The position numbers and the translations under genes are program-made. Of a stretch of 63,132 bases of DNA, positions 28,443 through 41,307 are shown in pieces. The first letter of the stretch is position 1; every line of letters starts with the position of its first letter. The DNA lies in assembly GCF_001194135.2 (NCBI RefSeq), contig NC_068982.1:142179666-142242797 (forward strand), in the 5' to 3' direction. The notes under the pieces are model-generated. The model worked only from the letters and a program-made list of their open reading frames with translations, was not told the origin of the DNA and did no database searches. Origin of the DNA: Octopus bimaculoides (Eukaryota).

Positions 28443-30026
28443 GCGGAGGCACAGATATGTGTGAAACAACCCCAAAAAAATCACAATAACATTTTTTATT
28501 AGTTGTACTAAAGAAAAGAAGTGTGTATATGCTTGCGTATATTTGTATGCTCCTCCCAATACGCAGTTCTGTATGCATCATTCAGATCCATTATCTATCT
28601 ATATTTCAACGAATATATCTATACGTCTGTTTGCTTTTCATTTAGACTGTATTCCTTAATATGTGCTATATACAATTATCTAGCTTGACATCTATTTATG
28701 ACGGCTATTTTAACAGCATTGAATTGTGCCGTCGTCACACAAGCTGACTGCCAATTCTTCACATGTATACAAGTATAGTGAGAGAATACTAAACTTAAAC
28801 ATCTCACAAATATAACTTTTACCAATACAGGAGCACAAACAGGTTCCTTAACGCACCAAGTCATATACGCATTCATACATGCATAACAATACAACCTTCA
28901 ACAAAACTGAGGTGTAGAATAAAGCGTTCACGAAGTAAGGGTACTTAGAAGTAATACCTTTTAGGCTATAGGTATTCTCTCTCTTTTATCGTCATTCCTT
29001 TCTATTTTAACATACAAGCACACACACACGCGCCCACACACACGCACACACACACACACACACATATACGTGAGTGAATATGTGTGTTTGTGGTTGTGTG
29101 TATGTATGTATATATGTATGTATGTATGCATGCATGCATGAGTGTAAGTCTGCACACGCGCGCGTGCGGATGCATTCAGAGTGTTAATGTTAGGATTGCT
29201 AAACAATAGCTTATACGAATTGACAAACTTTTGTCCGTAAAATAACATTACATTCAGTAGACTAAATGTTCATTATAATAAATGTTCTTTCGACTGTGTA
29301 CGTTTTGTAGTATTTAATGCCTTTTACACTTATTGAGTAACTGAACACGTCACGCATCCCGATTCTTATTAACAGTAAGTTTATATATATATATATATNN
29401 NNNNNNNNNNNNNNNNNNNNNNNNNNNNNNNNNNNNNNNNNNNNNNNNNNNNNNNNNNNNNNNNNNNNNNNNNNNNNNNNNNNNNNNNNNNNNNNNNNNN
29501 NNNNNNNNNNNNNNNNNNNNNNNNNNNNNNNNNNNNNNNNNNNNNNNNNNNNNNNNNNNNNNNNNNNNNNNNNNNNNNNNNNNNNNNNNNNNNNNNNNNN
29601 NNNNNNNNNNNNNNNNNNNNNNNNNNNNNNNNNNNNNNNNNNNNNNNNNNNNNNNNNNNNNNNNNNNNNNNNNNNNNNNNNNNNNNNNNNNNNNNNNNNN
29701 NNNNNNNNNNNNNNNNNNNNNNNNNNNNNNNNNNNNNNNNNNNNNNNNNNNNNNNNNNNNNNNNNNNNNNNNNNNNNNNNNNNNNNNNNNNNNNNNNNNN
29801 NNNNNNNNNNNNNNNNNNNNNNNNNNNNNNNNNNNNNNNNNNNNNNNNNNTATATATATATATTTATGTATGTATAAGAGACCAAAGTATACGTACGCCC
29901 CTATACACACACACACACACACGCACACACACACACACATATATATACACACACACATATATATATGTGTACATATATATATATATATATGTGTGTATAT
30001 GTGTGTGTGTGTATGTGTGACATACT

Positions 30027-30057
<31 letters not shown>

Positions 30058-30140
30058 GTGAGTATGTATGCGTGAGTGTGTGCGTGCGTGTATTGTTCAC
30101 ATCCCTTTATTTCTTAAATCCTATACCCTTATTCCTTTTA

Positions 30141-30172
30141 GTTGCTGAAGAAGAGCTGAAGCTCGAAATGTC
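30141..30172 (+). ncRNA. Degenerate hammerhead-ribozyme-like motif
   Basis: CTGAAGA-A-GAGC-tgaa-GCTC-GAAAT-GTC; core and stem II are present, but stems I and III are not supported. Confidence 0.4.
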
Positions 30173-30262
30173 TTAGATTCTTCTATGTCATTGAACATCT
30201 AAGCTATTAAGTACACTGCACACAAAATATAGCAAGGCTGGCAATTTGAAATACAAGTTCAA

Positions 30263-30395
30263 CTTATTTGAGTGCTGAGGAGCAATATGAAATAAAGCGT
30301 CTTACTCAAGGGAAACAACGCACCGCCGGGAATCGAACTCACGACCTTAAGATCGTTAGCTGAATACCCGTACCTATGAACCCACATGTCTTCAC
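30263..30395 (-). mobile_element. tRNA-CORE SINE family D, 5' part
   Basis: Minus strand: gggtattcagctaacgatcttaaggtcgtGAGTTCGATTCCCggcggtgcgttgtttcccttgagtaagacgctttatttca (canonical B-box + CORE-like segment). Confidence 0.85.
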
Positions 30396-30590
30396 AATAA
30401 ACCTAATATTCATCATGATATAATGGGTGAAAAACACCGGAAGTTAAAGGTCGGTTCTTGATTGATAAAGATTCCTCTATATTATTGCCAGTTCGAAACA
30501 TACAGCAGTTTGTGATGAAAATATGCAAGATACATGCGCACATGTGCACTTGAATGTGTGAGTGTGCATTCGTGTTTGTGTGTCTTTGTG

Positions 30591-30663
<73 letters not shown>

Positions 30664-31177
30664 TTGTATGCATACGTGCATCATTTTATACAACAGTTTC
30701 CGCAATAGTGAATAGTGAAACGTGTAAATATTGTGAAAATTAATCCTGTTACGGACCTGACTTCAATATATAATGAGAGAGCATTGTTATTTAATTTGTT
30801 TACTTTCTCCAGATACGTGGAAAAAAAAATTAGAATATAAACAGCTTTTTTTTTATATAACCAATTTGTTGCACATTTTCATTGTTCTCATAGTTTCATT
30901 GTTTGGAAATATTTTGGTACAAAGTAATTTGTTTTTTAATAAGTTGGCATTCGATCCTGCTAAATTTGAACGGTGTTTGTTTCCAGTATTTTTTTCCTCA
31001 CAGAGAAGATTTACGAGTTTGGTATTGACAGAAGACCTACGAACGCCTTGATTATAAATATATGTATATGTACATAGATACGTACATGCACGCTTACAGA
31101 CACACACACACACGCACACACTCGGACAGAAATTTATACATCGATAAATACATATACAGATATATATGTATCTGTGT

Positions 31178-31228
<51 letters not shown>

Positions 31229-31509
31229 TGTGTGTGTGTATTTTGATATGTAACTGGGAATTCATCTTAGCTTATTCAAGTAGTGTAGTTAAAGAATCTG
31301 TTTATGGCAAAACTTGGAGTTGCAGTCCAATCGGTATTGAAAATATATTTCATTTCATGTAATTCTATGGAATCTCGTCACTAGTAAATCATTTGTTGTC
31401 GCCAACAAATGGATCTAGAATACTAAATAATGTGTGCATATACTATTAGTGTTGTTAAGCTAGTGCATGCGAATTTCATTACAGGATATTTATCCTGAGC
31501 TGTTATTAA

Positions 31510-31800
31510 CCCATTACCTTCCATAATTCTATTAGCTGGAATTTTTTTAATGAAACTTTGATTTCTAGCATAAAACAGCCTTAGAAACACGCTGGAATGA
31601 TCAAAATAACATTTCAAAATAACATTTTAAATAGAAATAAGCGAGATGTTGGGTGAAAAATTAGCAAACCTCATTTGAATATCAGAGAAATATACCGAGT
31701 AGATGTATCAAAAAGGTTAGATATGTGTAAATATTGACGGATAATTACGAAATTTGTAATTTCTAAGTGATCTCATATGAGATCACTGGTAGGTAATGGG
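31510..31800. mobile_element. piggyBac-type MITE, 291 bp
   Basis: TTAA|CCCATTACCTTCC ... GGTAGGTAATGGG|TTAA: TIR 12/13 and TTAA TSD at 31506-09 and 31801-04. A 22-bp perfect palindrome AGTGATCTCATATGAGATCACT lies at 31766-31787. Confidence 0.85.
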
Positions 31801-31804
31801 TTAA

Positions 31805-31935
31805 TGCAGCGATCTGGAATGATATTTAGCACGCTACATAGTATGCTTAGCGGCATTTAGTCCTACTTCTCAAATCTGCTGAGATCGCTTTCGCCTTTCA
31901 TCCCCTAGGTGTCAATAAGATAAGTACTAGCCTGG
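31805..31935 (+). mobile_element. SINE family A, diverged and 3'-truncated
   Basis: ttagcacgc...atgcttagcggcattt...gcctttcatcccctaggtgtcaataagataagtac. Confidence 0.75.
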
Positions 31936-31947
31936 TTTCTGTTCATA

Positions 31948-32596
<649 letters not shown>

Positions 32597-33144
32597 GAGT
32601 GAGAGTGCATTGAATGCCGTCAAAGTGACACTGGGGTACAAATATACGAAGACCAGTTACCCATCATGACAACCCGTCTGATCAGGGTTCATCAGGGACA
32701 TACATGACAACCATATGTAAGCGATATGTTGATTTGATATCAAGATAAACAGCGCATCACCTTGTAGGTGGGGCCCTGTTAGAATTTTCGTCAGGTCCAG
32801 TAACCCATCCTGTTCAAAAGTTCCCTGAGTTGGAGTTGCTTAAAGATGATGAACGAAGAACCCATGTTTCCAAAAGTAAATTATCCAAAGCCCAAGGAAT
32901 TCCCTTCAACATATGACTATGGTGCTCCCCCACTACTTCTGCTCGTGATCAGAGATGCATGTATCATCAACCACTAAGAGACATTCTCAACTGGTTAAGG
33001 TCAAACAACTGACAAGCAAATCTGTGGTATTGAACAGAATATTTGCTGTAGCCCAAGACAAAATAATGTACATGATAAATGATAGCACTTCCAATCAGTT
33101 AAGATCAAAAGCCATGAGAGCCATTGCCTGGTACTCCATCAGCA
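32597..33144 (-). mobile_element. ~550-bp non-coding retroposon (family C) inserted in (AAT)n
   Basis: Homologous along its length to 62618-63090 in the opposite orientation; both copies end ...ctctcactc-aataa and are flanked by AAT repeats on both sides. Confidence 0.8.
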
Positions 33145-33152
33145 TATTATTA

Positions 33153-33249
<97 letters not shown>

Positions 33250-34310
33250 ATTTTCTCACTATATAATAAACACAAAATACTTATTCATCGCACAATAGGT
33301 AGAGGCATACTTTAATGTTTATCTGAATAATAATCACTTCGATATATTCAAGCATAGATATTGATTATGTTTTGAAACTGAATCATGCAATGTGGTTGGA
33401 AAAAAGTATGATAGAGAAATAATTGTAACGAATAATAAGTTATATTACGTCTTCATCTTCATATGATATGTAATATATGTTTGTGTTTGTGTGGGGTGTT
33501 TGAGTGGGGGATTGTGTGTGTATGCATGCATATATCGGTGTTTAGTAAACCCGTGACGGGATTGAAATAATTTATAGAGTTTTCCGTAAGCGAAAATTGG
33601 TGCTGTTAAGATTAAGAACGACATTGAGTATAAATTGTAAATCTAATTATTTAAAGAATGTGTAATGGTCTTCTCTATATTTCTCTTTTTTGTAGAAAAC
33701 ATTTGAATAAATAACGTTTCTAAAGATATCTAAAAATGTGTAGAGATCTGGGAGAATGTAAGGTAATTTGGTATGCAGAACATTGTATGTATATACATAC
33801 ATACATTCACAAAGACACACACATATATGTTTGTATGTATGTATGTATGCATATACATACATACTTACATATATATGTGTGTGTATGTGTGTGTGTATAC
33901 ATACAATGTATATGTATAAATACATATATATTGATATAACATGATAGAGATGGAAAATAGAACACGAGAAACTCATATATACGTATATACATACACGAAT
34001 ACATGTGTGTCTGTGTGTTTATGTATATATATATGTATGTATATATACATACATANNNNNNNNNNNNNNNNNNNNNNNNNNNNNNNNNNNNNNNNNNNNN
34101 NNNNNNNNNNNNNNNNNNNNNNNNNNNNNNNNNNNNNNNNNNNNNNNNNNNNNNNNNNNNNNNNNNNNNNNNNNNNNNNNNNNNNNNNNNNNNNNNNNNN
34201 NNNNNNNNNNNNNNNNNNNNNNNNNNNNNNNNNNNNNNNNNNNNNNNNNNNNNNNNNNNNNNNNNNNNNNNNNNNNNNNNNNNNNNNNNNNNNNNNNNNN
34301 NNNNNNNNNT

Positions 34311-34574
34311 TTAGATAGAAAGCTCGAAGCTACAGGGATATTCTCCAGTTTCTTTGATCCATCTGCTGTTTTCATGATATAAAGTAGATTTCCTTGCATG
34401 TAGAATAATAATTCGAGAAGCACTAATGGATGCGAAGCTTTTTTCGAAAGTGATTGCATCCATCAAGAATAGTTGGGAAATTGGGCGGTTGTAATCCTCA
34501 ATGTCAAATTAAGTGAATCTACAAACCTCCTTGGGAAATCGGGATTTAAGCCAAGTAATCAGAGGATTGGTATT
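34311..34574 (-). pseudogene. Penelope-like element reverse transcriptase fragment
   Basis: One frame with one stop: NTNPLITWLKSRFPKEVCRFT*FDIEDYNRPISQLFLMDAITFEKSFASISASRIIILHARKSTLYHENSRWIKETG. Matches the PLE RT pattern NT..VI.WF...F.QFDI..FYPSI....L..A..FA.......IIxHARKSLLF...xWxK. Abuts an N gap. Confidence 0.8.
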
Positions 34575-34967
34575 AATCTGTAGGGGAGGTATAAACAGGA
34601 AGGTAACTTAACTTTGTGAATTATAAAAGAAGTGATTGACAAGAACGTGAGTCAACGGTCTAGTAAATGCAATGACCTATACTCGAACATTTTAAATATT
34701 ACATTTACCCTTCCTCGATTCTTAACTATAATTCCATTTAAAATATTTTTTTGCATTGGCCTTGATTACTATTGTGAAGTTTTGACAGATGAAACTAAAG
34801 TAAATTGCCACCCGGTAGTTTTTTCTTTTGCAATCTTCGTTGCAAATTGATTTGTCCCATTTTTCCCTCGTCTTTCCTCCTTTCTTTATAATCTAAACCT
34901 ACTTACGTAGAAGTTCTGTGCCTGCTGTACTCTTTTACCACGACTATCTCTCCCTCTTAATTCCTGT

Positions 34968-35113
34968 TTGTGTTGTGCCTGTTATTCAAAGGGTCAGCCT
35001 TGTCACACTCTTCTCTGTCACGCTGAATATCCCCGAGAACTACGTTAAGGGTACACGTGTTTGTGGAGTGCTCAGCCACTTGCACGTTCCGTTGATCGGA
35101 TCAACTGGAACCA
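34968..35113 (+). mobile_element. SINE family D, 3' body
   Basis: ttcaaagggtcagccttgtcacac...gagaactacgttaagggtacacgtg...gttgatcggatcaactggaacc; homologous to the 3' part of 42512-42811. Confidence 0.8.
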
Positions 35114-35903
35114 TACACACAAATGTTATTATTGTTATTTTTGTTGTTATTTTTGTTGTCGGCAAACTAGTGTGGTTATCAAAAAGCTAGTGATGCTGGT
35201 TCTGTCGGTGTCGATTACTTGAAACATGTGGTGGATATCAGTGAAGCCATGGAGAGTCGGGAAACGCCTCCGTCAATGCCACATCTTTTCTGGTATACAT
35301 ATAAATGTGTGTGGTGTGTTTCTATGTGTTGTGTGTGTGTGTGTGTGTAGGGGTGTGTGTATGTCTGTGTGTGTGAGCATGTGTTTGTATGTCTATGTGA
35401 GTGTGTGCGAATTTCTATCCCCATAAGATGAAAATAGAGATATTCGAAAATACCGCACTGTGGTTTCTCTTGGTCTGATGTCCACTCTGTAGAACGCTGA
35501 TGTAATTATCTGAAAACTGCTCAAAAATCTATTTAATCATTTAAAATCATTCAAGACGATGTCCCAATATGACCGCACACCAAAAAATCTGTAACAAGAG
35601 AAAGAAAGAAAAATGTATTTTTGCTTGAGGCTTCAATTTTTTCGTATAAAACTCCGTTGCTTATATTGTTTACTAGAAGTTTACTAGAAGTAGGTCATAT
35701 TCAAGAAACAGACAAAAAAATTTATTGTTTTATTTTGATTAGAAATCATTGATTAAAAACAAATTTGGAGTTTCTAACTTGACTAGTTTTTAGAATATCA
35801 GAGAGGAAGACGAAAGAAACCAATGAAAACTTGAGGCAGCAATATATTTCTTTGTTTTTCGATGTGAGATATCTTGGACGGAACGACTGCTGATAACGGT
35901 GTA

Positions 35904-36407
35904 CAATATAGCTCTTCAAGAGCAATATAGTTCTTCCTGTTGGTTAATAATCTACTGGAGAATATATTAACTTAATATTGATGTATTAACTTAATATTGA
36001 TTTATTGTCGTACATAGTCTACTATGATTGTTAGTTACTAAGGAAAGAAGAATCTACTCTGTTTCTCGCCACTTAATAATACAAGATATGGTAACAGCAG
36101 GATGACTAAATAAGTAGGAAGTATATTAAGAAAAAGGAAAATTATATTAGAATATTTTAGAAAACTTAGAGCGCCATAACCTGATTTCTTCTAGAACGTT
36201 GCATCTTCAATAAATTCTGTTCCAGCCAAAGTTATTCAGTACAACTGGGGTAACAGAAGTGTGTATAAGCCCATGGAATGGATTTTACCAGTACTTATTC
36301 CAGAGATTTGATGCGCCATCACGTTTTGCTCTACGAAATCCTAGATACTATGAGTACTTTTAACGGAATCCAATATAGCTCTTCAAGAGCAATATAGTTC
36401 TTCCTGT
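35904..36407 (+). repeat. Two identical 37-bp direct repeats 467 bp apart
   Basis: CAATATAGCTCTTCAAGAGCAATATAGTTCTTCCTGT at 35904-35940 and 36371-36407; both are preceded by taacgg + 4 nt. Confidence 0.9.
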
Positions 36408-36682
36408 AATAAACACTCGGATAATGTCTTACATTTCTAAATCTTCTTTCTTCTTCCTATTTCCGCAACACAAACATTGTTATCCCTTCGCTCTCTTTCT
36501 CTTATTCCCACAACCATTTCTGTGACCCCCACAAAAATAAAGGTCACTGACGCTCCATTTCCATGGCAGCTAAAAATACAAATTGAAGTAGTACACTAAT
36601 ACTTTCCTTCTAACACTATAGTTTTCTTTATCCTGTCTTATGTATGTATGTATGTGTGTATGTATGTATGTATGTATGTATG

Positions 36683-36713
<31 letters not shown>

Positions 36714-36862
36714 TTGTCTATCTATATGTACATATATAAATTATCCCATTTACATTGTCATGATGGATGCAATGATGACAGTAAAAAAGAAGTATAGAAA
36801 GAATCACGCACAATTACGCGCACATACACACACACACTCATATACATACATACATACATACA

Positions 36863-36896
<34 letters not shown>

Positions 36897-37939
36897 AAAC
36901 ACGCATACAGACACGTATATAAAACGTCAAAGGTCAATGGACGTCATTAATATGAATGTTTAGTGCAAGGACGAAAATAATAACATTATTTTTAGAAATT
37001 ATCAGCGAGAAGTACACGACATTATCACTTTGTTCGCAGCCGTTTTGAAGTAGCACAGAACAGAATTGATTACTTTGTTGTCTATTTTTTATGAGTTTAC
37101 TTTTTTATGTATACACACAGAAGTCTGAAAAATGTCTAAACACCGAAGAATGTTTTTTTCTCTTGGCGCATATACGATAAATCTTTGTGTCAACTGTCGT
37201 GAATCGAAAGTACGTAAGACACATTTATGCAAAAAGCAAGAACAATTACAATAATTTCTCGTATTTGCCATAGGGGCATCAATGAGGGAGATATTAGAAG
37301 AACGAATAGAAAAAATGAGTTAAGGGACAGATGAGATAAAATAATACGAAGAAGCTTCGGTTTTCACCATAAATGAAAAACTTCAATTACATCCAGTCAA
37401 GGAAACCTACGCATTACCCTACCATCCTCGCCCAAACGCAGACTTCCAATCTATAGGCGCATTCTTAGAGTAATTTCCTCCACCTTAAAGGAATGCAACA
37501 CAATCTTTGACTAATTAACTGGGGAAGAGTGCTTCCGTCTCCCCCATCATTTTTCTTTCCAAGTGGAACCTGAAAAGGCTAATAAGGGCATGTTCGAATA
37601 TCTACACACTCTGTCACTCCATGAACACACGGCAGGAATACCAGGGACAAACATCCCTACACATAGTCTTGATAGTCAGTATTTAATTAATATTGTTTGG
37701 GTGTGCGGATTATACCAATGTAGCAAGGTGCTTCAATTTCAGCACCTAATTCAACGGAATTTTAATTATATGTATGTATACTAATTATGAAAGAGGACAT
37801 TTAATTATGAAAAAGCGAACAATTTTATTACGCGTGATTGCGTTTATACCGTGTTCTGTATTTCATTAGTTTCAGCTGTTGTACTTACTTTGGATATGCT
37901 GATGTACCAACCTACATGTGTATCAATCGATTATATTTG

Positions 37940-37978
<39 letters not shown>

Positions 37979-38064
37979 GAGAATGTACGAAAAAAAAACA
38001 GACGAGGACAGGTGGTGTAAACAACAAAAGGATGTATTAGTTTGACGCTCGGGAATACAGAAAG

Positions 38065-38101
38065 TATTTAACGTTTCGAGCTACGCTCTTCAACAGAAAG
38101 A
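38065..38101 (-). ncRNA. Minimal type-I hammerhead-like motif with variant core
   Basis: Minus: TCTTT-CTGTTGA-A-GAGC-gta-GCTC-GAAAC-GT-T-AAATA. Stem I has 4/5 pairs and stem II 4 bp; A6 is replaced by U. Confidence 0.55.
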
Positions 38102-38773
38102 ATACGGAGAAAACAAGTAGAAAAACACGGAGAAAAAAAATTGAATGGTGTTTGGTCAACGATTGGCTTCATGATTCAGTTTCTTTCTGATACAAAGTGA
38201 CACAATTCACACACTTTTCATGTGTGCTGTGTGTGTGTATTGCGTGTGTGTGTATGTATTTCCATTCATCAATTTCAGCTGATAACGCACTTGTAGACCA
38301 GTGGCTACATTTGAAGTTCCTTAGCGAATGTATGTTAATGCCTTGATGGATTCAATTGGGAGTGTGTATTTCCTAGGCAAACTTCGTGAACAATTGACCG
38401 TATATTGGATTTTTTTCGTATGATTGCATGTATCGCACATGGAAATAAATGTAAATGCCCGAATGAAGAGCTGGGAATATATAAATAAGTATGAGTCGAT
38501 TAAATGACATGCAAAACCTATGCTCAGATAAGAAAAAAATGACAGTCTGTGGTTGAAATTGCGGGTAAGATAAATTGTACATATTTGAGATTCGCAAACG
38601 ACATAAGAATTCAATTAGTTCTCTATGCCAATTTACATGAATAAACATTTCTCTGTATTGTCTCTAAGTATAGATATGTGAGCAACAGAGTCCTTGTTCT
38701 GTGCTTCTAATCTTTCAAATATTAATCCAATGAATTTCGTAAGGTGAAAGTTGCGAGGTCCTGACAAACACAG

Positions 38774-38844
<71 letters not shown>

Positions 38845-39008
38845 CAGATAGATACATGCATGCATACATACATGAATACACACACACACATACACATACA
38901 CACACATATATCTAGAGAGATAGATAGATAGGTACATGCATACATACATACATAGTGAGAGATATCTGCCTGTCTGTATGCGTGCGTGCATGTAAGTGTC
39001 TGTATATA

Positions 39009-39366
39009 TATGGTAAGAAGTTGGCTCTCAACCACATGGTTACGGATTCAATCCCTCTGCGTGGATTTGGTAGACGGAAACATGAAGAAACTTGCCATAT
39101 TTATATATTGAAATTTTAATATATTTATGTGCATCTGTCTCTGTGCCTGTATTTGTTACCCCACCATGACTTTACAACCCATGTTGGTGTGTATATGTCG
39201 TTGTACCCTTTCCGTTCGGCAAAAGAGACCGATACAATAAGTACTAGGCTTACAAAGAATACGTCCTGGGGGTCGATTCCTTCGACGAAAACCCTTTAAG
39301 GTGGTCCTTCAGCATGGTCGCAGTCAAATGACTGAAACTTTTAAAAGAATAAAAGGATGAAAGGAT
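39009..39366 (+). mobile_element. SINE family B with internal deletion of the CORE-like segment
   Basis: tggtaagaagttggctctcaaccacatggttacggattcaatccctctgcGTGGatttggtagacgg...aataagtactaggcttacaaag...gcagtcaaatgactgaaac...aaaagaataaaag. Confidence 0.9.
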
Positions 39367-39698
39367 ATATATATATATATATATNNNNNNNNNNNNNNNN
39401 NNNNNNNNNNNNNNNNNNNNNNNNNNNNNNNNNNNNNNNNNNNNNNNNNNNNNNNNNNNNNNNNNNNNNNNNNNNNNNNNNNNNNNNNNNNNNNNNNNNN
39501 NNNNNNNNNNNNNNNNNNNNNNNNNNNNNNNNNNNNNNNNNNNNNNNNNNNNNNNNNNNNNNNNNNNNNNNNNNNNNNNNNNNNNNNNNNNNNNNNNNNN
39601 NNNNNNNNNNNNNNNNNNNNNNNNNNNNNNNNNNNNNNNNNNNNNNNNNNNNNNNNNNNNNNNNNNNNNNNNNNNNNNNNNNNNNNNNNNNNNNNNNN

Positions 39699-39731
<33 letters not shown>

Positions 39732-39751
39732 CTTAACCATCCTCTCACACC

Positions 39752-39799
39752 GTCTCCGATGAAGGGATATAATAGACATCCTAGAAACAGCTGTAAGGC
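39752..39799 (+). ncRNA. Minimal type-I hammerhead motif, one core substitution
   Basis: GTCT-CCGATGA-A-GGGAT-ataatagac-ATCCT-A-GAAAC-AGCT-GTA-AGGC. Stem I GTCT/AGGC, stem II GGGAT/ATCCT, stem III AC/GT closing the palindromic loop AGCT; U4 is replaced by C. Confidence 0.65.
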
Positions 39800-41204
39800 C
39801 TTCTATTTATAAATGTTCTATATTATACACAGCCTTGTTTTTTTTTATCTCATTACGAAAATTAAATCCTTATATCCCTTCTATTAATATTCCAATCACT
39901 ATGTGTTGATTATCTGTGACCTATAGTGCAATACTTCCTTTGCATTGTCATTCGACTGCATAAAATCACTTCTTAAGCATACAAACATATCGAAATATAA
40001 AATGTCTGTAAATTGATTGTTCCCTAAAATATTAAATAATTAACCCAAAAGCCCATTGGAATATGGTGCTATTAATTATATTTTCATGACAATTTCAACT
40101 ATCTTAGGCGGAAATATCATAAATCATTATATATTTATGTAGGTTTTGTTATTTGATCGCACCAAATTTGTGACCAGACAGACATACGCGCAAAGGTATT
40201 CTAGTTGTGAAATCTCGTTTCCCATTACATCAAGGAACGATTTATCAGCAGGTAACCTGAATTATTCAAGAAAGTGTCTGATTTAAAGAGTATTTATCCA
40301 TTATTTCAACAATCAAATCAGATGTTCTCTTAGCTTGTAACACCAAGTTTTTGTAGTTATTGTACTTGTTCGATGTTCATTCCTAGCTCTTGGCCACCCA
40401 TAATTAAGTTCACATATGTACAGTCAAACACACTGACCTTTTGTGTATTGCTGATTGACACTATATAAATGTCCCTAATATACAATATGTTCTACCATTT
40501 TTATTGACGGCGGGGTATTGCTTGAACATCATTTGCGTAATTTTGTTTTTTTGTTTAGTAACACCTTATGAAAAATTGACGGAATTGTTTCGCCGTAGGT
40601 CAGCCTCACGGATATGAGCAACGACAAAATGCGTTCAAGTCTACAGTATCCATTTAATTAGCATGGCTTTGATGATAAGGTCTCTGTTATTTTTAGTAAA
40701 AGTACGCTAAGGTTTGATTACAAGGGAGATTTGGTTGCTATTTCTAACAGTGTAAGTTACCGAGTAAATATTACGCCAGGAAAAAATATACATTTCAGTA
40801 TGTGGTGGGTGTTATGATAACACATTAGGAATACCTATATATTTAGAAACTGATATAAACAAACATAAATATACAAAGTGAGATAAAGGCAGGGTTTAGT
40901 TTACTTACCACCATAAAATATTAAAATATTTCTAGTTGATAAAACATATTAAAATAATTGTTCATGTAATATATCGGTAATCCAATAAAACTAAATTTGA
41001 GTCCATTTTGAAAAAAAACATACATATATATATATGGGGGTGAATGTATGTATGTATATGTGTATGTATAAACACGCACACGCACGCACACACATATCTA
41101 TATTTATATATGTATGTGCGTGTATGAATATGCGCGTACATAAAGATATAGATATATAATACAAACACAAACACATATATTTATTTGACATATGCATACA
41201 TATA

Positions 41205-41307
<103 letters not shown>

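Noticed and set aside
30300-30395. tRNA gene
   Set aside because: The B-box is present, but it runs into a SINE body with no acceptor stem; all tRNA-like sequences here are SINE heads.
32780-33144. Ribozyme inside family C
   Set aside because: Neither the hammerhead nor the HDV topology could be completed by eye.
35904-36407. CRISPR-like 37-bp palindromic repeat
   Set aside because: Only two copies, a 430-bp spacer, eukaryotic context and no cas genes.
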